Shown here: positions 17,808-25,575 of the stretch, piece by piece | Layout: each line of letters opens with the position of its first letter | How positions within the stretch are numbered: the stretch's first letter is position 1 | DNA from: Armatimonadia bacterium | GTDB lineage: Bacteria; Armatimonadota; Zipacnadia; Zipacnadales; UBA11051 | DNA: 25,575 nt | Assembly: GCA_039683575.1 (NCBI GenBank) | Contig: JBDKRC010000007.1 | Location: 1-25,575, forward strand | Reading direction: 5' to 3' | Program-made: the position numbers and the translations under genes | The notes under the pieces: model-generated | What the model saw: only the letters and a program-made list of their open reading frames with translations | What the model was told of the DNA's origin: nothing | The model's database searches: none

Positions 17808-20516
17808 ATGCTGCGTCTCACGCTCCTTGCCCTGCTCCTTACCACCGCTGCCTTGGCCGCACCCGTTGTACAACAGGATTTCGCCAGCGGCTCTTTGCCG
17901 CCGACGATGCGTCTGCTCGGAGACGCAAAGCTCGCTGACGGCATGGTGCAGAGCACCTCACAGCCCGGCTGGGCCCGCAGCGGCGTCGAGATCGGGCCTC
18001 TGCCCGTAACCCGCGCCACCTGGACGCTCCAGTATGACTTCAAGCCCGTGCACCTCGGCGCCCAGGGCCAGGGCTTCGTCTCCCAATCCCCCTCCACCCA
18101 CTGGTACATGGTCTACGTCAATCCTGCCGGCGCAATCAACCTCCACACCAAGCGCGCCGACGGGTGGAAGCAACGCTCCGGCAGCGGCAAGCCCGTGATC
18201 GAGGCCGGCAAGTGGTACACGGCCACGGTTGCCCTGAGCGGCTCCAGCCTCCAATACGCGGTGCGCGAGCGCGGCAGCGATCAGGCCCTCTGGGACAGCG
18301 GGCCGGTTGGCTTCGATGACCTCGGCAAGGAGAAAATCTGTGGCCTGATCGACGAGGCGGCCGATGACGCCGCGAAGACCGAATGGGACAACGTGACCCT
18401 GAATACCAACGACCCGCAGGCGCGGGCCGACATGGAGAAGGCCGCGAGGGAGCTTGAGGCCCAGCGTCTGCGCAAGGAGCAGATGGAGAAGACGATGCAG
18501 GCCCTGCGTAACCGCGGCCTCGCCCTCCTCCCCACTCCCCAGCAGGTCGCCCTCCAGCCCGGTACCCTCAAGTTCTCGACCTTCACCATAGCCGGCGACA
18601 AGTCCCTCGCCCCGCAAGCGGACACCGTCCGCAAGGTCCTTCAGGAGTGGCTGCCCGGCGTTCCGGTCAAGATCAGCCCGGTTGGCGGCAACGTACAACT
18701 CCGTGTCGCCTCCCCCGGCTCAAAGCAGGCGAGGCCGTGGAAGAACAATCAGGGCTACGAACTGACCGTCACTCCCAAACAGGTTGAACTGCGGGCGGAG
18801 ACTGTCGCGGGCTTCTTCTACGGCGCGCAGACCCTCTGCCAGCTTGCCGGGCGCCAGCCGGCTACTGCCAGGAGCGTCACTGTACCGCAGTGTCAGATCA
18901 CCGACTGGCCCGACATCCCCAGCCGCCTAGTCATGATCGCCACCGACCAGGGCGGGCACCAGATCATTGACGTGGACTACTGGAAGCGCCTCATCCGTGA
19001 GCTTGCCGCCGCGAAGATCAACTACGTCATGCCCTACTTCGAGGGCGGCACCTTCTACTATGAGAAGTACCCCTTCCTTGGTCTCAAGGGCCGCGACGGG
19101 TTCACCATCGAGAAGGGCAAGCTGCTGAGCCAGTACGCCAAAGAGCACTTCATCAAAATCGTGCCCCAACAGCAGACCCTCGGCCACTCCGGCAGCGTGC
19201 TGTCCCACAAGGAACTGGCACACCTGCAGGAAGGCGGCGGCGTGTACTGCTCAAGCAAACCGGAGACCTTTGCTTTCCTCGGCGACCTGTTCGATGAGTT
19301 GATTGCTGCCTTCCCTGAGAGCGACTACCTCCACGCCGGCGGCGATGAGTTCGCCCACGGCTTTGCCCAGTGCCCCCAATGTAAGGCGCGCGCCGAGCAA
19401 ATCGGCAAGCCCGGCCTGTACGCCGAGCACATGATGCACGTGAGGCAAATGCTGCGGGACCGGGGACGCGGGATGATGATCTGGTGGCACGAACAGGGCT
19501 ACACCGAGGAGGCCGCCGACAAGCTGGCCAAGGACATCGTGGTTTTCGACTGGCACTATGGCAACCAGTCCTCATACCCGTCGCTGGAGCGCCTGCAGAA
19601 CAAGGGTTTCGTCAACACCTGGGCCACGCCGGCAGTCACCCGCTACTACGACGCCCGCAATGACTGGGACAACACCTTCGGCAACCTCAGCGGCTTCCTC
19701 GCTGCCGGGGCGCGGCGGCAGGTCCCCGGCGAGTGCACCTGTACCTGGGTCCACGGCATCTGGGGTGGGCGCAATATCTTCGAGCTCAACCTCTACGGCG
19801 TGGTCTTCAGCGGCCAATGCGCCTGGAACAGCCTGGCGAGCGACTACGGCGACTATCGCTGGCGCTTCGCGAAAGACTGGTTTGGAGCCACCGCCGACCC
19901 GCAGATGCTGGATGGCCTGATGGACGCCGCCCTCCACGCTCCCTATGGCCGGGGCAAGGAGCAGGGCTTCTGGGCCAACAACCGGATCATGGAGGAGATG
20001 CTGGCCGCGCCGGTAAGCAAGACGGCTGAGGAGCTACAGAAGAGGCCGGAGCTAATCGAGCAGGCGCGGCAGCTACAGGGGTTCTGCAAGCAGGCGAACG
20101 AGGCCATCGAGAAGCTGAGGGCACTGGCGACGCGGAACCAGGTCACACTGGACTACATGGCCCACGACGTCCACATCCACGACACGCTGGCCCGGCGGCT
20201 ACTGCTGGTGGCGCAGCTAACGGAGCTGTGGCCGGCGCTCAAGGACCTGCCCGCTGCCGACCGCACGGCCAGACTGCAACGGGTAGTCGAGGGCTTCAAG
20301 ACGCTTGCGGGGGACTATACGCAGATGGAGACGATGTTCACACGTTCGATCAAAGAGGCCGGAGGCGGCCGGTGTGGGTGGGGCGGGTGGTTCCCCTACA
20401 TCACCTCGGGTGGGGTGCAGTTCCGGGCTCAACAAGGCCGTGAGGGAGTCGAGAAGCAGGCGACGTATCTGGAGAACCTGGGAGCCCAACTGCCCGACAA
20501 GCCCTTCGCGCCGTAG
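17808..20516 (+). CDS. Secreted GH20-family beta-N-acetylhexosaminidase-like protein with an N-terminal beta-rich accessory domain, ~902 aa
   Basis: Signal peptide MLRLTLLALLLTTAALA; GH20b-type segment LLPTPQQV...GYELTVTPKQVELRAETVAGFFYGAQTLCQL...ITDWPD; catalytic YLHAGGDE; QTLGH; DWHY. Confidence 0.85.
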   Translation: MLRLTLLALLLTTAALAAPVVQQDFASGSLPPTMRLLGDAKLADGMVQSTSQPGWARSGVEIGPLPVTRATWTLQYDFKPVHLGAQGQGFVSQSPSTHWYMVYVNPAGAINLHTKRADGWKQRSGSGKPVIEAGKWYTATVALSGSSLQYAVRERGSDQALWDSGPVGFDDLGKEKICGLIDEAADDAAKTEWDNVTLNTNDPQARADMEKAARELEAQRLRKEQMEKTMQALRNRGLALLPTPQQVALQPGTLKFSTFTIAGDKSLAPQADTVRKVLQEWLPGVPVKISPVGGNVQLRVASPGSKQARPWKNNQGYELTVTPKQVELRAETVAGFFYGAQTLCQLAGRQPATARSVTVPQCQITDWPDIPSRLVMIATDQGGHQIIDVDYWKRLIRELAAAKINYVMPYFEGGTFYYEKYPFLGLKGRDGFTIEKGKLLSQYAKEHFIKIVPQQQTLGHSGSVLSHKELAHLQEGGGVYCSSKPETFAFLGDLFDELIAAFPESDYLHAGGDEFAHGFAQCPQCKARAEQIGKPGLYAEHMMHVRQMLRDRGRGMMIWWHEQGYTEEAADKLAKDIVVFDWHYGNQSSYPSLERLQNKGFVNTWATPAVTRYYDARNDWDNTFGNLSGFLAAGARRQVPGECTCTWVHGIWGGRNIFELNLYGVVFSGQCAWNSLASDYGDYRWRFAKDWFGATADPQMLDGLMDAALHAPYGRGKEQGFWANNRIMEEMLAAPVSKTAEELQKRPELIEQARQLQGFCKQANEAIEKLRALATRNQVTLDYMAHDVHIHDTLARRLLLVAQLTELWPALKDLPAADRTARLQRVVEGFKTLAGDYTQMETMFTRSIKEAGGGRCGWGGWFPYITSGGVQFRAQQGREGVEKQATYLENLGAQLPDKPFAP

Positions 20517-20579
20517 GCTCCGAGGGGCTCTCTCTACCCTTTGACACTCTCAGGCCAAGCGTCTCGCCCGGCGCTCCTG

Positions 20580-21704
20580 CTACCGCGGCACATCGCCTTC
20601 AACAATCTCATTCCGCCGCGGCACATACTGCCCCCACGTTTTCGTCTCGCCGTCCGCCGTCACCCGCACGTCTTTGAACCCAAACGGCAGGCCCGCTTGC
20701 TTGAGGTCCAGGGTCACAAGATCCGGCGGCCCGTCCAGCACCTCCAGGTGCAGGTGCGGCCCGCTGGTGTTGCCGGAGTTCCCCACCTCCGCCAGCAGTT
20801 GCCCCTCCTGCACTTTCTCCCCCTTCGCCACTTTCAAGCTTCCCCGCTTGAGATGCGCCATGAGTATATAGTGTCCCTCCGGCGCCCGGAGGATGAGGTA
20901 GTTGCCAACGATCTCGCTGCGGTCCTCCAACTTCTTTCCCGCCATGGAGGCTCTATTGGGAGTGGGTTCACAATCCGGCCGGTCATTGCGGCAATCAAAT
21001 ACGGTGGCGGAGAGAGGGGCACGAAGGTCGGCGCCCCAACTGGTGAAATCTCGCAGGGCCATCGTCTCCGTCGCTTCTCGCTGATGCACAGGCCAGTCGG
21101 CCTCTGTGACCAGGTCATAGGCAAAGGCTATCCCGAGGCCGTGCCAGATCTCGCGGCCGTTGGCGACCACCCAACGTCCCGGCAGCGGAAACCGCAAGTA
21201 CACCGTAGGCGACGAGCAGAGCGGAATCGTGTGGTCAACCCGCAGTTCCGCTCCCCCGGCAGTGCGGAAGATGGCCCGCAGAGCGATGGCGGTGGCGGCT
21301 GGTTCTTTGCCATCATCTATCATCAAGATGATGACTTTGCCGCCGGGCTCGGCTTTGCTCGGGCCGCTCATCATGCCGTGGAGGGGGGTTCCGCTGAAGG
21401 ACGCGGTGCTGGATTTGTCGCCGATCACGGTTGTGACCTGCAGTTCCTGCAGGGTCACTGCCTCTTTCAGATTGTTCCGGCAGACGACTGTGAAGCGCCA
21501 TTGTGGTATCACACCGTCGGTCGCTCGATTGACGTGCTCGGGCAGGATTCTGACGGTGACGTCACCTTCGGCAGCGGGACAAGCAGCCAAACAAACGCAT
21601 ACCATTGCCAAACAAACCAGCAATGGTAGAAAAACGGCCTGAATAGCACGATATGTCAAGATTGATTGAAGCACTGGTGGCAGTTTTTGAGGCGTTTGGC
21701 ACAT
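20580..21704 (-). CDS. M23-family metallopeptidase with a hydrophobic N-terminus (start uncertain)
   Basis: H...AYD, GNYLIL, MAHLKRGSLKVAKGEKVQEGQLLAEVGNSGNTSGPHLHLEV. GAGG precedes the ATG at 21704; TTG at 21659 is an alternative start. Confidence 0.85.
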   Translation of the reverse strand: MCQTPQKLPPVLQSILTYRAIQAVFLPLLVCLAMVCVCLAACPAAEGDVTVRILPEHVNRATDGVIPQWRFTVVCRNNLKEAVTLQELQVTTVIGDKSSTASFSGTPLHGMMSGPSKAEPGGKVIILMIDDGKEPAATAIALRAIFRTAGGAELRVDHTIPLCSSPTVYLRFPLPGRWVVANGREIWHGLGIAFAYDLVTEADWPVHQREATETMALRDFTSWGADLRAPLSATVFDCRNDRPDCEPTPNRASMAGKKLEDRSEIVGNYLILRAPEGHYILMAHLKRGSLKVAKGEKVQEGQLLAEVGNSGNTSGPHLHLEVLDGPPDLVTLDLKQAGLPFGFKDVRVTADGETKTWGQYVPRRNEIVEGDVPR

Positions 21705-21716
21705 GGTTTTGGTCCC

Positions 21717-23024
21717 TCAATTGTCGGCCAGCCACTCCTCGATCCGCTCGCGCTGTAGCTTGGTTGGTGGTATGTCTCCGTACAACAACGGGTCGTTTGT
21801 CTCCACCATATACCCCTGAACCTGCGCCCGCAACTGCTCCGCCACCTCCGCATAGGCGGGGTCGCCTATGAGGTTGTTCCGCTCCAGCGGGTCCTTCTCC
21901 AGGTCGTACAGCTCCTCCTCGGGCCGTCGAGTGCCGTAGTACTCGTCCTTCATCTCCTGCCCGGCCGGGCATTTGTAGATGTCCAGCGGTATATACACCA
22001 ATGGGCGGTCGCCGAAATTGCGGATGTACTTGTACTGCCGGGTGCGGATGGCCCGCATCGGGTTGTACTTGTCATGCCAGGTCATTTCGCTGTAGAGGTA
22101 CTCGTGGGGCTCGTAGGGGCGGTTTTCGAGGAGCGGCAGGAAGCTTCGGCCTTCGACCTGTGGCGGGGTTGTCGCACCCGCGAGGTCGAGGATCGTGGGC
22201 AGCAGGTCCATGTTGCTGAGCATCTCGTCATAGCGCGTGCCGCCCTCGAAGTGGCCGGGCCAGTGGGCCATGAAGGTTGTCTTAAGGCCCGGATCGTAGC
22301 AGGTGCCCTTGGCCCGCGGCATGGCGAGACCGTGGTCAGTGGTGAAGACGAGCAGCGTGTTGTCGGCGAACGGCGATTCGGCCAGAGCGGCCCGTAGCTG
22401 CCCCACACACTCGTCTACGCGCTTTACGAGGCCATTCAGCCCCGCGATGTCCTGGCGGATTCCGGGCCGGTCGGGCAGCCAATACAATGGCTCGACCTCC
22501 GCCGGGTCGTCGTTGTCATACCCGTCCTGCCCATAGGGCCGGTGGGGCTCTCCCCAGCCGCTATTGAGGTAGAAGGGCCTGTCCGGCGGGTTCTGGGCGG
22601 CTTCTTCGAGAAAGCTGATGATGGCCTGGCTGCCGTCGCGGGCAGTTCCGGCGGGCTGAATGCTCTGATAGCCCAGCCGGGGCGCCTCGGGGTGCTCGTG
22701 CTGGTGGCCCATGAGGTGGGTGGAGTAACCCGCGGCGTTGAGGTACATCGGGAGCGTGACTTCATTGGCGCCGACTTCCCAGCCGAGGTGGGCCAGGCCG
22801 ATGAGCCCGTTGTTGTGAGGCATACGGCCCGTGATGATGCTCCCGCGACTGGGTGAGCACTGGGCGGCGGTGCAGAAGTGGTTGGTGAAGAGGACACCGT
22901 CAGAGGCCATGGCATCGAGGTTAGGGGTGCTGATCCCGGCGCCGAAGCAACTGAGGTACTGCCCGAGGTCATGGACGATGACCATGATGACGTTGGGGCG
23001 CGAGCCGTGGGCGGAGGCGGGCAT
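21717..23024 (-). CDS. Cys-type formylglycine-dependent sulfatase (N-sulfoglucosamine sulfohydrolase-like), 435 aa, no signal peptide
   Basis: PNVIMVIVHDLG, CSPSRGSIITG (CxPxR), EPHRPY, TTDHG...RAKGTCYDPG, EELYDLEKDPLERNNL; AAGGAG RBS. The subfamily call is by resemblance only. Confidence 0.9.
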   Translation of the reverse strand: MPASAHGSRPNVIMVIVHDLGQYLSCFGAGISTPNLDAMASDGVLFTNHFCTAAQCSPSRGSIITGRMPHNNGLIGLAHLGWEVGANEVTLPMYLNAAGYSTHLMGHQHEHPEAPRLGYQSIQPAGTARDGSQAIISFLEEAAQNPPDRPFYLNSGWGEPHRPYGQDGYDNDDPAEVEPLYWLPDRPGIRQDIAGLNGLVKRVDECVGQLRAALAESPFADNTLLVFTTDHGLAMPRAKGTCYDPGLKTTFMAHWPGHFEGGTRYDEMLSNMDLLPTILDLAGATTPPQVEGRSFLPLLENRPYEPHEYLYSEMTWHDKYNPMRAIRTRQYKYIRNFGDRPLVYIPLDIYKCPAGQEMKDEYYGTRRPEEELYDLEKDPLERNNLIGDPAYAEVAEQLRAQVQGYMVETNDPLLYGDIPPTKLQRERIEEWLADN

Positions 23025-23062
23025 GGGCGGGGCTCCTTGAGGGCTGAGAGGCTGAGGGGGGA

Positions 23063-23089
23063 ATTCGCTTTTGGGGAGGGGGAGACCTG
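23063..23089 (-). promoter_or_regulatory. Putative sigmaH-type promoter for the sulfatase (and possibly the M23 gene)
   Basis: Minus strand reads CAGGTCTCCCCCTCCCCAAAAGCGAAT = AGG-N19-GAAT, ending 38 nt before the ATG. Confidence 0.5.
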
Positions 23090-23117
23090 CGGGCGGGGCC
23101 GCGGCTGACCTATACGG

Positions 23118-23167
23118 AAGTACAGTTTGTGGCCTGAAATTGTACTAAGGCGTCACAAAGTACAGTT
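23118..23167. repeat. Three AGTACA(G/A)TT boxes at 20-bp period (direct-inverted-direct)
   Basis: AAGTACAGTT (23118-23127), AATTGTACT (23138-23146, reverse complement AGTACAATT), AAGTACAGTT (23158-23167). Confidence 0.55.
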
Positions 23168-23191
23168 CTACAGAGAGATAGCCGGTGGCTA

Positions 23192-23263
23192 TCGCGCTCT
23201 GGTGAGCGCTCCTACAGGCAGCCTGGTTGGGGATCGGTCGCGATCAGTGATCGCTCGTACAGG
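23192..23263 (-). repeat. Two tandem GTAG-footed REP-like palindromes
   Basis: Minus strand reads cctGTAGGAGCGCTCaccaGAGCGCGA (23192-23218) and cctGTACGAGCGATCactGATCGCGA (23238-23263). Confidence 0.65.
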
Positions 23264-23279
23264 TGGGGGGAGGGGGGGG

Positions 23280-23384
23280 CGCGTGGTAGGCACACTCCGT
23301 GTGCCGGAATCACTGAGTGTAGTGTTACCCATGTTCCGGCACACGGAGTGTGCCTACCACGCGTATAGTGTGCCTGCTACGCGT
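23280..23384. repeat. REPIN-like doublet: perfect 30-bp inverted repeat plus a partial third arm
   Basis: CGCGTGGTAGGCACACTCCGTGTGCCGGAA (23280-23309) and its exact reverse complement (23334-23363) with a 24-nt spacer. Each arm contains the internal hairpin GGCACAC-tcc-GTGTGCC. 23367-23384 duplicates 23347-23364 with 2 mismatches. Confidence 0.85.
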
Positions 23385-23396
23385 CTGGGGCGACCT

Positions 23397-24809
23397 TTAC
23401 AGCATGTAGCGCGAGAGGTCTACGTTCTCTACTACGTCCTTGAGGTGCTCTCTCACGTATTCCACGTTGACCGAGACCTGCTGCTTGCCGATGTCGGGGG
23501 CGTCGAAGGAGAGGTCTTCGAGCAGGCGCTCCATCAGCGTGTAGAGGCGGCGGGCGCCGATGTTTTCGGTGCGCTCGTTGACTACCTGCGCGAGGCGCGC
23601 GATCTCGGCTATGCCCTCGTCCGGGAAGTCTACCTCGATGCCCTCGGTGGCGAGCAGGGCGATATACTGCTTGACCAGCGAGTTCTGCGGCTCGACGAGG
23701 ATGCGCTTGAAGTCGCCCTCACCGAGGCTGTGGAGCTCGACCCGCAACGGGAAGCGGCCCTGGAGTTCGGGGATGAGGTCCGAGGGCTTGGAGACGTGGA
23801 ACGCGCCGGCGGCGACGAAGAGGATGTGGTTGGTCGACACCGGGCCGTACTTGGTCATGACCGTCGAGCCCTCGATGATCGGGAGGATGTCGCGCTGGAC
23901 GCCCTCGCGGGAGACATCGGGGCCGTGGCCACCCTCGCGACCGGCGACCTTGTCCAGCTCGTCGATGAACACGATGCCACTTTGCTCGACGCGCTCTACG
24001 GACTCGCGGGCGACTTCCTGGGCGTCCACGAGGTTCTCGGCTTCCTGGTAGGTCAGGATGCGGCGGGCTTCGCGGACTGTGGTCTTCTTCTTGGCCTTGC
24101 GGGCCGGGAACATGTTGCCGAGGATGTCCTGCATGTTGAAGCCCATCTCCTCCAGCCCGGCATTGGAGAAGACCTGCATGCTCTGCATCATTGGCTCTTC
24201 GACTTCGATCTCAACCGCCTCGTCCTCAAGCTCGCCGGCTTCCAGGCGGGTCCGGGTGAACTCGCGGACGCGCTCGGCGCGGCGGCGGGCACGGTCCTCA
24301 GCCTCGGCGCGGGCATGCTCGGCCTCGACGATGGCATCGCCGCCGGGGGTATAGGGCGGGCCGAAGGCCATGGCATGCTGCTCGGGGACGTCGGGCGACA
24401 GCAGGTCGAGCAGGCGCTCTTCGGCAGCGGCCTCGGACTCCTCCCAGACCTCGTCGAAAGCTTCGTTCTCGACCATGCGGTAGGAGATCTCGACCAGGTC
24501 GCGGATCATCGACTCGACATCGCGGCCGACGTAGCCGACCTCGGTGTACTTGGTCGCCTCGACCTTGATGAAGGGCGCGTGGGCGAGGTTCGCGAGGCGT
24601 CGCGCGATCTCGGTCTTGCCGACGCCGGTCGGGCCGATCATCAGGATGTTCTTCGGTATGACTTCATCGCGCAGCTCTTCGGGGATGTGCTGCCGCCGCA
24701 CACGGTTGCGCAGCGCAATCGCCACGGCACGCTTCGCGGGGTTCTGCCCGATGATGTATTTGTCCAGCTCTTCCACAATCTGTCGTGGGGTCAGCTCGCC
24801 CTCGATCAC
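23397..24809 (-). CDS. hslU: ATP-dependent protease ATPase subunit HslU, 470 aa
   Basis: [84 protein letters not shown] start overlaps the hslV stop (GTGA). Confidence 0.98.
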   Translation of the reverse strand: MIEGELTPRQIVEELDKYIIGQNPAKRAVAIALRNRVRRQHIPEELRDEVIPKNILMIGPTGVGKTEIARRLANLAHAPFIKVEATKYTEVGYVGRDVESMIRDLVEISYRMVENEAFDEVWEESEAAAEERLLDLLSPDVPEQHAMAFGPPYTPGGDAIVEAEHARAEAEDRARRRAERVREFTRTRLEAGELEDEAVEIEVEEPMMQSMQVFSNAGLEEMGFNMQDILGNMFPARKAKKKTTVREARRILTYQEAENLVDAQEVARESVERVEQSGIVFIDELDKVAGREGGHGPDVSREGVQRDILPIIEGSTVMTKYGPVSTNHILFVAAGAFHVSKPSDLIPELQGRFPLRVELHSLGEGDFKRILVEPQNSLVKQYIALLATEGIEVDFPDEGIAEIARLAQVVNERTENIGARRLYTLMERLLEDLSFDAPDIGKQQVSVNVEYVREHLKDVVENVDLSRYML

Positions 24810-25351
24810 TCCAACACCTCCACGGTGATGTTATCGTTAGTATATATACAAATGCTCGCAGCGATCTTCATCGCCTCCCGAGCGATTTCTTCCGGCGAAA
24901 GGCTGCTGTGTTTGATCAGTGCTTCGGCGGCCGCGCGAGCATATCCTCCGCCCGAGCCGATGGCCACGAGGTTGTCGTCCGGGGTCATCAGGTCGCCATT
25001 GCCGGTGACCAGGAAGAGGCGATCCCTGTCGGCTACAAGGAGGATGGCCTCAAGCTGGCGCAGGACGCGGTCGGTGCGCCAGAGCTTGACAAGCTCGACG
25101 CAAGCGCGTTCGAGGTTGCCGGAGTACTCGTCGAGCTTGGCCTCAAGGCGCTCGAAGAGGGCAAGGGCATCAGCGGCAGCCCCGGCGTAACCGGCAAGGA
25201 TTTTGCCGTCACGCATGCGGCGGAGCTTGTTAGCAGTGCGCTTGAAGGTGGTCTCGCCGATGGTGACCTGGCCATCGCCGGCAAGGACGACTTTGCCGTC
25301 CTTCTTGAGGGCGAGGATGGTGGTTGAACGGACTTTCTCGTCTAGGGTCAT
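24806..25351 (-). CDS. hslV: ATP-dependent protease peptidase subunit HslV, 181 aa including a 9-aa leader
   Basis: ATG at 25351 with [18 protein letters not shown] followed by TTILALKK (catalytic Thr), [37 protein letters not shown]. Confidence 0.97.
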   Translation of the reverse strand: MTLDEKVRSTTILALKKDGKVVLAGDGQVTIGETTFKRTANKLRRMRDGKILAGYAGAAADALALFERLEAKLDEYSGNLERACVELVKLWRTDRVLRQLEAILLVADRDRLFLVTGNGDLMTPDDNLVAIGSGGGYARAAAEALIKHSSLSPEEIAREAMKIAASICIYTNDNITVEVLE

Positions 25352-25375
25352 TGTTTGAGTTCCTCTGTCGTATAA

Positions 25376-25454
25376 GGAGGGGCCGAGCTTCAGCCGGCCC
25401 AGTGGTAGCGGCTTTGATTGTTGGTCGGTGATAACGGCGGGCCGGCTAAAGCTC
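25376..25454. repeat. Inverted pair of GGAG-footed REP-like units; right unit truncated
   Basis: Left unit GGAGGGGCCGAGCTTCAGCCGGCCC (25376-25400). Right, inverted unit GGGCCGGCTAAAGCTC (25439-25454) lacks its final GGCCCCTCC. Confidence 0.75.
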
Positions 25455-25575
25455 CTACCCATTACACACATTTTGGTTTTTGGCAGGAGGTTCTGGACAC
25501 CTGCTCAAGAATAGACGATGCTTGAGGTGATTCAAGCATGTCTGATTGGGTATCTCACGAGTTGGCAACGGTGCA
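25455..25575 (+). mobile_element. Probable left end of an IS4-family (IS50/Tn5-like) insertion sequence, partial
   Basis: CTACCCATTACACACATTT (25455-25473) matches the IS50 outside end CTGACTCTTATACACAAGT at 12/19 positions as recalled. It starts exactly where the REP unit breaks, GC content drops, and an ORF with a transposase-like N-terminus follows. Confidence 0.6.
25538..25575 (+). CDS. 5' fragment of a putative IS4-family transposase
   Basis: GAGGTG RBS then MSDWVSHELATV, resembling the W-x-x-x-E-L/F start that precedes LGDxRL in IS50-group transposases. Only 12 codons are visible. Confidence 0.5.
   Translation, partial: MSDWVSHELATV

Noticed and set aside
20541-21629. 362-aa plus-strand ORF
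   Set aside because: Antisense to the M23 peptidase, which has the conserved motifs.
21654-21659. TTGACA on the minus strand as a sigma70 -35 box
   Set aside because: No credible -10 box at 16-18 nt spacing, and it lies within the probable M23 coding start.
23110-23390. CRISPR array or structured ncRNA
   Set aside because: The repeats are heterogeneous and partly inverted, without regular repeat-spacer periodicity; REP-like elements explain them better.
23127-25190. 687-aa plus-strand ORF
   Set aside because: Antisense shadow of hslU/hslV that starts inside the repeat cluster.
25352-25471. 40-aa N-terminal extension of HslV in the ORF track
   Set aside because: It runs through the REP pair and the putative IS end; the ATG at 25351 has an RBS and gives a normal-length HslV.

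Overview
GC-rich bacterial chromosomal segment; the host lineage cannot be fixed from this window. Gene order: recD2 (minus strand, runs off the left edge, absent from the ORF track), an orphan DUF433 gene, secreted heparinase II/III-like protein 1, divergent addB-addA helicase-nuclease, then convergently a glycyl-radical enzyme downstream of secreted heparinase II/III-like protein 2, a divergent GH20-like hexosaminidase, an M23 peptidase, a sulfatase, hslU-hslV, and at the right edge the probable left end and first codons of an IS4-family (IS50-like) element. The most striking non-coding signals are: (1) several distinct families of REP-like GTAG/GGAG-footed palindromes; (2) one REP-like copy sitting in-frame inside the glycyl-radical enzyme gene; (3) another copy of that family cut off where the putative IS begins; (4) a recurrent AGG-N19-GAA(T/C) sigmaH-type promoter motif upstream of four transcription units. 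All calls come from reading motifs by eye; no database searches were run.
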